Shown: positions 36,747 to 46,100 of the stretch, one piece after another
Layout of the letters: each line of letters starts with the position of its first letter
Numbering within the stretch: the first letter of the stretch is position 1
Assembly (NCBI GenBank): GCA_905178155.1
Contig: CAJINV010000028.1
Location: forward strand, 169,235 to 233,234
DNA: 64,000 nucleotides
Direction: 5' to 3'
DNA from: Amoebophrya sp. A120
Lineage: Eukaryota > Protista > Dinoflagellata
The notes under the pieces: model-generated
Databases searched by the model: none
What the model was told of the DNA's origin: nothing
The model's input: the letters and a program-made list of their open reading frames with translations, nothing else
Translations under genes and position numbers: made by a program

Positions 36747-38009
36747 TCTCCCCACTCAGCCTTGGTGTATGCTTTCCGGCGCCACCACAGGCGGCAAGAA
36801 CTGCATTCCATGTAGTTCCCCGCGCGGCTCTGCAGTGCTATTGTCCTTGCATACCGTCGTAGGACATAACGCCTCCGCGTCCGGATTCATCCCGCGGTCG
36901 CACTGATAGCACGTCACTTAAAACGTCTTTACGTGCATCCAGCAGGGGAAGAGCTGGCAGCATCCAAGTGGAAAAAGTCGCCCCACTTCCAAGAAGAGAA
37001 AACTTTGCCATGCGATTCGTGTGTCTCAAACCGATGAACAAAAGATCCTGCTGAAAGAATGAATGTGAAGCGGATGTATGGGGAACCGAAAAATATAAAT
37101 AATCTAAGTTGCGGACCGCTCAGTCACTCAACTTTCACTCAAGACCTTGCCCACGCTCTTACTGATGCTAACACAACGCACTCATGTCCGTATTTCGGTA
37201 TTACTGAAACCGGCTTCCACGAGTTCAAAATATAGACCAGTCCATCAGGAGCGCCGGCGGTGTACTGCTCGCATGAAAATGTCTAGCTCTCTCAAGCTTG
37301 CCTCCTGATCGGAATGCCCAATAAAACCCGAAACAGGGCACGTCCGCAAAAAACGCACTCGACGCTGCGCTTAACGAAACTCGTGGTACCTCGGGTCGCT
37401 CGTTCATCACACTCAGATGCCGCCCGTTTTCACGGAAAAAAAACGATGCGATGCAAAAAAAAAAAGATGAAAATCCTTTCACGAATTTGAAAAAAAAAGG
37501 CACCGACGGCACCGCGGAAGAACATTTTGAAGTCAATCGAGGCTAATTACTGCACTGTGGCCATCTGCAGATTTATTCCTAACTGAGTCGACAATTTCAC
37601 GATCTTGCTAGGTTGGAGTAGTGCAAGTACTTGTAAATTGATTTTCATCCTGGACCTTTACCATTACCTTTTACAAGGAAATACGACTCCGAAAGTAGAA
37701 ATTCGATCGCGGTATGAGGAGTAAATGGTAGAGCAGCAAGAATCTGAAGTGCATACATAAGGCGAGCACGGTCAGCTTGTCTTTTCTATTTCTAACTACC
37801 GAGACTTGTGGTCCTTCGTCCTCGTCACGTGGTCCACCAGGCGGACACACATTCATTTTTCCTGCAGTTACTTTCTTGCTACAAAGAAACTCCTCTTCGC
37901 GCCCAGAAGCAATCGCGCCGTCTAGAGCAGCTGCTCGTGCCAGGAGCAAATTGCTCTATGAAGATCGCTTCTGTCGAACCGCTTCGCCGCAGAATAATCT
38001 CGACCACCC

Positions 38010-40901
38010 CTAGCGACCACAGCTTCCGCTCGTCAGCGTGATGGAAAGGCGGTAGAAATCTTCGGTGGACTGCGAATGCGAGGAGGCAGTTGTCCTGGAT
38101 CCGGGTTTGGACTTCTTCACGACCGGCTTTTTATCGATCAGTACTTTTTATGCAATGCAAATATCCCTGGAGACGTCTGGAAGGATTCGAAATTGTGGCG
38201 CTAAAACAAGAACAAACGCGCCGACATTGCCACTGTCCATTATCGCTGGGGAACCAAGCCTCCCCAGGCGCTGGAGCGCCATAGGGTCGGAGCGAATTTG
38301 TGATGCGAATTCTACATCGTGACAAAATCTGTCATGCACGTTCACAAAAAGGCCCCACTTCTTGTTACAGAAAGAGCGGCCTATTGTCATGCGGATTATA
38401 CATTGGGCCGATACCTGCGTGAAACCTGTGATGCTAGAACTTGCATGCCAGACGATCTCATCTGCGTCAGGCAAAAACTGCATGACAAATGTCTGCACTC
38501 TTCCAGACGACCCAGACATATTTATCCCTTTGATACTTCTGTGTCCGTGCAGGTCACGATGAACTCCGTTATCCACTGCAAGAGTATCGTACACGTACTC
38601 GTTGTAGTACTTGCATTTATGCATTGCAAATTTCTTTCTTAAGGCAAATCAGAATTACAGATTTAATTTGTAATGCTGGGCTAATTTGTATTATATGCAA
38701 GTTATTATATACTAGTACGATACTTTTCCATTTCGTATCCGTAGTTCCACAACCAGTGGCTCGTCTTCCATTGTGGCTGTTGGGCCGTGCTTCCGTGGCC
38801 TTAAAGATGCCCTCGCCGCCGTTAGAAAAGAGGTTAGCGACATCCTGTCTGGTAGTCGAAAACGGTGGGGGACGTCGCGCGCCCGCGGGGTACTCGATGG
38901 TGGCGAGGTAGTACGCAACATGATGCTGGTCCACAACCTGGTGGTCATGTTCATCTTCATTCGTGTTGGTGCTTTTGCTTTTGGTCGGTAGTTGTTGGCC
39001 ACGACTGTCTCCCTGCCCGTCGACACAAGTTGTCGGTGAAAGAATTGAATGCTGCTCGTGGTTCTTGCGCAGCAGCAGCAGGCGGGTCACGTACTCCTTG
39101 TGGGTAGCCGGCTCCATGGCGACCAGGGAAGCAAAGTCGAAGATCAAATTTGGAACCCAAGAAGAACGGGAAAACATCGAATCCGAGCGGTTTTTCATTC
39201 CCGGTGCCAAGGGTTCGCTGTGCTGCCGGTTCATCTTCTCCTGCGCGGTAGTTGTAGCTGCACTCGCTGCCCTTATTTCTTGCGGCGTCCTCTCCGGCAC
39301 AGCAGCTCCGTCACCAGCACCCGGTCCTCGCACGTCAGAACAATTGATGTCGACGTTTTTCTCTGTACGCATCGTGATCATGCTGGGGAAAAGCACGCTT
39401 GCGACCTGGCCCATGTCGAATTGCAGAATGTCCTGCTGGACTACGTACAGCTTCCTCAGCGCCTTCGCTTTGTCATCACACATCATCCTCTATCAAATGC
39501 AAAAATGTCTGGATCTGGAAAAATGCGCGATCTGTCATGCAGCTTTATTTGCATGATCCATGAGGACTGGAATGCAGGACGTAGCATGACAGATTCTGCG
39601 CGATCTCTCTGCTGCCTATCGTGCATGAGAAACTCCCTCGCCACTTGGTCAGAACTGGACGACTTTTGGTAATCATGCAACACAGATTTTTGCATGCTTC
39701 AGATTTATAGCATGACAAGTTGCATTTTTCCAGACCCAGACTACATTTCTACATTTGATATCTTCACCTTGTCGTGCACTTCGCTTTTTGAGGCTTCGTA
39801 CGTCCACCACGAGAAGCTGTGCTCGTAGTTCTCCGCAGCTGTAGTTGTGTCGTCTACTAGTTCTTGCGCACGGATCGGTTCCACATTCGCATGGTTCCTT
39901 TTCGTCGCGATCACCAAGTTCTTTTTGCCTGGTGGCGCTTGGTCGTCCACAGGCGACTTTGGTCTTTGTAAATCGGGTGGTCCATCGCACGTCTCCGGAG
40001 CGCCGGTTTTTTCCGCTTTTCGTAGCCATTCCGCGATGACTATCACGAGAAAAAAGTGTTACAGTTACCCACGTGTTGGAGTTTCTGCATCACAGATTTT
40101 CTCTTTGTGGCAGAGAAAACTTGTAATGCGAAGATCATAAAGAGAAAACAGGAAGGAAACGAGGCTCACATTCACAAGCATTTCCCGCATGAGAAAGGTT
40201 GTCTGTGTTGCCGGTCTTGCATTACAATGTGTAAGATAAGTGTAACACTTTTCTCGTGCAATAATGACCTTCGGCAGCTCCTCCCGAAGGGGGTACTCGC
40301 ACACTTTGCCTATGCGTCGCAAATATGATTTCTGGGATGTCGGGAAGCAGAGCACTTGTATGTACTGTGCTGCGGAATGTTTATGTTTGAATAAGGAGGA
40401 AAAAGTCTATGATGCATCTTCAAGCGGACGAGAGCTAGTGCGCAGTTGTCATGCAGAAGCGCAGTTTCTCATGCAGTTTGCGCAACGGAATCGCGTACCC
40501 GTACCCTTCAACAGATTTATCATGCCTGGTGGGGTACTGTAGTCGGACTGTGTGATGTATCCTGCAGAAACTAGCATGTGCATGACATGGCTTCACCTCG
40601 CCCAGACACTTTTGTACGAACGCGTATCGATGCCGATGACGTGGGACACTTCCGGTTGTTCCGCGAAAAACAGCAAGTCAGCACTCGCACCGCAACAGGG
40701 AACCAGGACCACTCCGTGGAGATCCTCCTTGCGAATCTTGTTTAGCAGGTACTCCCGACGCTCTCCCACGTGCCACGTCGGTGAGTGGTCTTTCGTGCCC
40801 GGTACCCATCGCTTCGCCCAATAGTTGGGATCCAGAGCAGCCACGTCGAGGGCCATTTTTTCTTCTAGCGGGGTAGTTGCGCAGCTCGTAATTGTTGGCA
40901 T
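38010..40901 (-). CDS. TPMT: Thiopurine S-methyltransferase-like SAM methyltransferase, 6 exons split by introners
   Basis: YWAKRW..TWH, VLVPCCGASADLLFFAEQ..VIGID, QDILQF, LIFDFASLVAMEP..KEY, EYPAGARRPPPFSTTRQDVANLF, EFIVTCTDTEVL..TEDFYRL*. The last three junctions were checked in frame by removing each element plus 5 nt. Confidence 0.85.
38149..38535. mobile_element. Introner (TPMT intron)
   Basis: tatgcaatgcaaata ... ccagacatatttatccctttgata; flanks ctttt/cttct. Confidence 0.8.
38570..38737. mobile_element. Introner (TPMT intron), perfect TSD tccgt
   Basis: tccgt|tatccactgcaagagtatcgtac ... gtacgatacttttccatttcgta|tccgt. Confidence 0.9.
39491..39760. mobile_element. Introner (TPMT intron), TGTCTGGGTCTGG family
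   Basis: tatcaaatgcaaaaatgtctggatctggaaaaatgc ... gcatttttccagacccagactacatttctacatttgata; flanks tcctc/tcttc. Confidence 0.9.
40041..40263. mobile_element. Introner (TPMT intron), perfect TSD atgac
   Basis: atgac|tatcacgagaaaaaagtgttaca ... tgtaacacttttctcgtgcaata|atgac. Confidence 0.9.
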
Positions 40902-41618
40902 TTTTTATAACAGTTTTGTTCCTGACCCTAGGTCGATAATCAATGAGCAACACGGAGCAATAACAAATATCCTGACTTTACACTTTGATGCGTACTTGAA
41001 TAAATCACTGGTTGATGTACAGGAACTACTTCTTATTCTGATCGACAATAGATCAGGCCTACCTCTTTGAGTCACAGTCATCGAACTTGCAGCGATGGAA
41101 AAAACTTACTTTCTTTTAAGTCGAGGATATTTCGGATGGCACCTAAACATTCACATAGGTACTTCGCCCCGCCACCGGTTAGGCATGTACTTGAGCGAAA
41201 CTTGAATTAAGATGCTCTGCAATCCAGCTCTGTCTTCCTGCAATAACATATTGAATAACAAACTCACACCAGAGAAGGATCAAATCCATCGCTTCAAACG
41301 AGGAGGAGGTGGAGAAGAAAAATACTGCTGTTGGAACTGGTGCTGTGGTAGACAAAGTGGAGCCACGACGTCAGGTCCTCACAACTTGTGGTGGCTGCCG
41401 GAATCAATCCATCGACTATTCGAGGTCGAAGTTGAGCAACAAGAACAAATTGCAACCGAAAGTGAAATGATGATATTCATCTTGTTTAGCAAAGTGAACA
41501 ATTCACGATAACGGTGGACCCGAGGAAATATACATCAAAATGCTTTCTAGAACAATTCGGGCCTTTTTGTCGCAGCTTGCTTGCACCTGGTGAGAAGGCA
41601 CGAAACGAGAACGGACAG

Positions 41619-42240
41619 CGGGATGCCCCGTGACCCCTGTCAAGGTCAACTGAGCCGCAGTGCCGAGACCCGGCAAGCCCTGAGAGGACGTTCAACGCAA
41701 GTACTCAGGTCCGCGCAGCTGATTCACATAGGCAGTCTGGCAAGGCATCGACGGGCGCTGGCGCCGGGGCACAACTCAGGCAGCAGGCATTGCTGGGGGC
41801 AGCGCCATTGCGAGCCAACGCAATGCCCTGGGGACTGCGCTGCGTGCCCTTCAAACGCGACCAACCCAACGCCGTGGGGCCCGCCCACGCGCCCACGCCT
41901 GCGGCCTGCAGACGTGCCTGCCGCCTCTCTCCTTTTGGGGTTGGCCTCTCCAACCGCCTCAAGGCTGGCGGCCCGCGCCTCCGTGGCATCAGCGCGCAGC
42001 CCCAATAAATTTGCCCGCCCGTTGGCTGCTCCGGCACGAGAAGCCTTCGCCAGGTTTCAATCCCGGGCCCGCCTGACGACTGCGAAACCCCCCGCACGAA
42101 GGTCGGCGCGGTCTGCTTCTTTGTACTTCCGCCGGCCCGGCATGACCTTCGGCGGGCCGCCAAACTTCCGGCCGCGATCGAAACGAATGAGGTGGCAGCC
42201 GTCAGTCCCCGGCGCCTCGTCCCACCCCTCGCGCCGAAAT
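41619..42240 (+). ncRNA. Second, divergent GC-rich multi-hairpin scaffold candidate
   Basis: Dense stems: tgacc/ggtca, tgccg/cggca, cctgag/ctcagg, ggcgctg/cagcgcc, cattgcg/cgcaatg, cgtggg/cccacg, ggttgg/ccaacc, ggcccgc/gcgggcc enclosing cgaaggtc/gaccttcg. Ends in ccgaaat like the array scaffold. Confidence 0.45.
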
Positions 42241-42249
42241 CAAAATCAA

Positions 42250-42630
42250 AATGCTCGGCCTTCCAGAACTCCCGCGCACCGCGGCGCAACTCGGCGAACT
42301 TGGTTGGTCACAAGCGTGCAGGAGCTCACGCGAGGGGATTGCCAAGTAAGGAAACAGGTCGGGGCGCCAGTTCCGGGCCTTTCTGCGTCCGCAGTTGCGG
42401 CAGTGGAACAATAGGCAGAACCCGCTTGCGCGCGTCTGCCTGGCCGATGCCTACTACTGCAGCAACCGGCGCAGTGCCCCCATTCGTCGCAGGCACACGC
42501 GCTCAGGTTTGCGATTCAGGAGAGGGGGCCTGCAGGTCTGTGCAGCTCGGCCCCACAGCCGCCAGGATGTGCCATAGATACCACAGTAGAGCATGTGGCG
42601 CCAATTGCTGCAAACCATGGCCATGCATCT
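42250..42630 (-). pseudogene. Decayed coding fragment behind the second scaffold, possibly YR Box I region
   Basis: ALLWYLWHILAAVGPSCTDLQAPSPESQT*ARV...VAAVVGIGQADARK...RL*PTKF resembles G.R..DL..L plus beta strands; the catalytic Arg is absent. Confidence 0.35.
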
Positions 42631-43163
42631 CTCAATGTTAAAGGCAAGAGCACTTCCGGCGAAATTCCTTGGGCGCATCAACACGAACAGGAAAAATAGC
42701 GCGGCTGCGTGTTCATCACACAACAACCCTCATGAAACTTGGTCGGCTATGTGTTGTATTTGCGTACGATTTTTTTCATTGAAGTTGTTTATGTTTACCC
42801 AAAAACGCGGCGTCTGCTTCACTTTTATTATCTCAGTTTCTTCACAACCGGATCGCGTAGAGAAAATCGAAAATCTTTCCGCTGCGAAGTAATAGAATAC
42901 CTTGCGCAGCTATTTGCGTGCGCAACGAAAGTAATCTGCTTGGTTCTTTGTGATGAGTGGGCGTTTTTTGGCGAGAAAAATGAGAAATAAAGAAGAAAGA
43001 ATTTGCCATACTGAAAACGCAAGACAAAGAGTTTTTTCTCTGGTGTGGCCAAGTAAAGCTTGCAAGAGCCGGCGAGAATGAAAGAACAAGAAGATGCTAG
43101 CTGTGTGTCCAATAAAGAAAACCTGAGATAAAAGTTGTAAGGAAAAAAGCAGGCTCTTTTGTA

Positions 43164-46100
43164 TCAAACACTTCGGGCAGCTGTTCGCTTCTTTTTTTTC
43201 CCGTCCGTTTTCTTCTTCATCACCTGGTTAAGTTTCGTTTTCGTTTTCGGTAAATCATGATACAAGCCTTTATGCAAAGCAGGGAAGTAATAGTAGCCGA
43301 TGATTGAAACAACATTGAAGCAGAACAACTCAAATTGACGCGCCGTGATGTCACAAGACAAGAATAAGGAAAGCAGCATGTTATGGCAAAAATAACTCGC
43401 ATACATACCGGTTTTTCCGCGACCTTGGGCAAGTGCTCTTCACTGTCGTTGTTCTTCTTCTTCTTGTATGCAGTGCAAAAGCATGGTAAGAGTACTAATT
43501 GCAATCGTGCAATACAAACTTCTTTTTCAAGCGAAATTAGCATGACCAATTCCAGTTTCCATTCTGAGGTGAGCTAAAAATTTGTATTTGTGTTGCACTA
43601 GTACGACTACGATACTTTTGCGATTCATATCTTGTCCTTCTTTTTGTTGTCACCACTCCCGTTCTTGATGGAACTGGACTTCTTGTCCTTGCTGGAACTG
43701 GACTTCTTGATGGCGGCCTTGTTCGCGACAGAAGATTTTTCAGCTTAACTATGCACGATAAGTATGCCACCGCCCGTAAGTGGAAGCGGAAATGATCGAA
43801 CCACATACAGGAGTAGAAGAAGAAGTTGTTGAGACAGAACATAACCTCGCTTCTTTCATCTTCTTCGCGGAAATCAAGCATGATTCTGTCCTCCTTTATA
43901 TATAATTTTTGCGTGACAATAACAATATCAACACGGCTCGGCTCAAAATTGCACTTTGTTGACCTTGGCGTTGGCATATTTGCATTTCATAATTTTTTCC
44001 ATCCGACTTCAGCTTATTACCGCTGGATTTGAGTTTCTTTGAGGCCTGTTTTCGTTTTGATTTTTTTGTCGAAAGATCAAAAGAATCGAAGGAACGGTTA
44101 AAGGGAAACTCATCAAAGTCAAGTGTGTGGTAGTACTAGCAGGAGGAATAAAAGTAGTACTTAAGTCACACGTACGACTGTCACCGTAGTTCACGAAAGA
44201 CAAAGGGAAAATTATACCGATTCAGCTTTGTGGTCCACGTTCTTGTCGTCTTTCTTTTCGGCGTCCACGAGTTTAGCTTTACTAGCGCTCTTGCCCTGCT
44301 TCTTGTCTGCATTATCTCCTCCGTCGTTGCGCGCTCCCGACTTGTGTCCTACCAGGTTGTATCCACTGCAAATCATGTGTCTGGGTCTGGCTGAGTGGAA
44401 CGTGTGGTCATGCTCGTCTGGCAGTCGAATCTATCCTGCAAAATCTGAGTTGCATGACAGGCAAAATAAACACCACCACTCTTTCCTATGCAAGGCCGAA
44501 ACGTTTGAAGAGCGCTAAAGCACTTTCTGACGAAGTGCAGCTCCTCTCGCACTGCAATATTAAAACGCGTCGTCGTGAATCGACCCAGCCCTTGCACAGT
44601 AAGTATTCGCAAGTCCGCTCCACAAGTCTGCAGACCCAGACATACTTTTGCAGTGCGTAAATTCAGAGCGTCCACGACACCGGTCATGTTGTTGGCGGTC
44701 TGTTTGTATATTTCATTGAAGTAATTATGTATTGACTTGTTCTTGTCAGAGCAGAGGCACACACAGCACATCGTCGAATATATCGTTGAAAACATCTTCG
44801 AAAACATCACAACGGCAAATAGGGGGCTTCGACTTGTTCCGACCTACCAAACGCACGGAGCAAAGCGAAAACGGCACCGTGGAAAAAAAATTGCGCGCAG
44901 CTTGATAGTACTGCACGAATAAGTATAAGCTTACCAGCTTTGTGGAACTGCAACCAAACGGCAAAATCGCCGGCACGGCCGGCGTACCGTAAAAAGATTT
45001 TTTCGCGCTTGTCGTGAACCGTTGCGACGTATAACAATGCACAACTCCCCCTCCCCCTCATTTGGTTAGCATGAACGGCAATACAAGCATCAGCAAGAAT
45101 GCCGGTTTTGCATGACAAATTTGCACAGGAGTGTAGTGCTATTTGGGCTACCAGAACTTGTCATGCAAACAGTGCGAAGAGGCAAAGGGACAAAGGGTGG
45201 ATTGGGTATTTCGCATGACAAACGAGGGGGAGGGGGAGTTGTGCACTTCCATACGACGGTGCTTTGGACGACGAGGCAGTAGTGGGAGCTGGGGTCTTAT
45301 CAAATTCAAATATGTCTGGTGTTTTGTCTGGAAGCAAGACCATGGTACAGCACAGGGAAGAGAACGACTTTAACATTTTGAAGAAAGAAAAGAGAAGAGA
45401 ACTACGTGATATAATATGTAGAGAGAGACTAAAAGCATGTTATGACGTCCACCGGTGGTACTGAGTACTACTACTTATACTATCACTTGCGCAACATTCA
45501 AATATGTCTGGGTCTGGAAACTTGTCATTGGTGGGCGGACTGCAATACGCAGCCTAGCACGACAAATTTTTCAACTACTACTGTGCTTCATTTTCCGCAT
45601 GGCAAACTGCGTTTTTGCATGACAGGCAAGAGGCCACTTTCCTGCTCATCCTCATGCATTACAGATTTATGAGTCATGCCAGACAAGCGTGACAAACATG
45701 GCAATCCTCCAGACCCAGACATATTTGCCATGCATAGGTCTGCGTTGTGGTGGGACTACTACTGCTACTTCCCTTTTTCTGCTTTTTTGGGGCTGGACCT
45801 GCGACTGCGTCGTCAGCCTTGTCTTTCGCTTCCTTGCCCTGGCGATTGCTGCTGTCCTCTGGCACCTTAGCAGCGCCCCGCTTCATGCTGGTGCTATCGT
45901 ATGCTCTGCAAAAGTACTATCGACGCACTTGCGCTAAGGCTAATTACAAATGTGCATGACGAATCGTCCGCCTCCCAAGCTAAAAATACATTACAGATAC
46001 AGACTCCATTATCTGTCATGCAAATTATTCGCATGGTAAGTACTTAGATACCTTTGCAATGCATATAGCCCCGGTAGCCGCAACTTCCATGTCCTCGTTA

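Larger units (their letters stand above)
36253..36947 (-). pseudogene. Variable insert 8: multi zinc-finger (Stc1-like) gene fragment with two retained introners
   Basis: CYQCDRGMNPD ... MECSSCRLWWRRKAYTKAEWG|DCKTIPPPALPKCRLCLVASRVLPPGIHPTRLTIACYRCLRPVNPFDEGML|SQDERRF. Confidence 0.8.
14785..38105 (+). repeat. Tandem array of eight scaffold + variable insert + spacer cassettes
   Basis: Scaffold starts at 15319, 18002, 20686, 23781, 26578, 29479, 32247, 35691 (spacing 2683, 2684, 3095, 2797, 2901, 2768, 3444). Spacers fall into three related lineages. Confidence 0.95.

Noticed and set aside
14785-38105. Canonical CRISPR array
   Set aside because: Repeats are ~545 nt and units ~3 kb, no cas genes, eukaryotic context. 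The resemblance is architectural only.
42066-42160. Hammerhead ribozyme (CUGACGA in a three-way junction)
   Set aside because: The 10.1-11.1 pair is C-C, the second core strand is GAAG and fully paired, and there is no correctly placed UH cleavage site.
14785-42630. Fanzor/TnpB locus
   Set aside because: No RuvC or TnpB-like ORF found in the window; scaffold and inserts are much longer than known omega-RNAs and guides.
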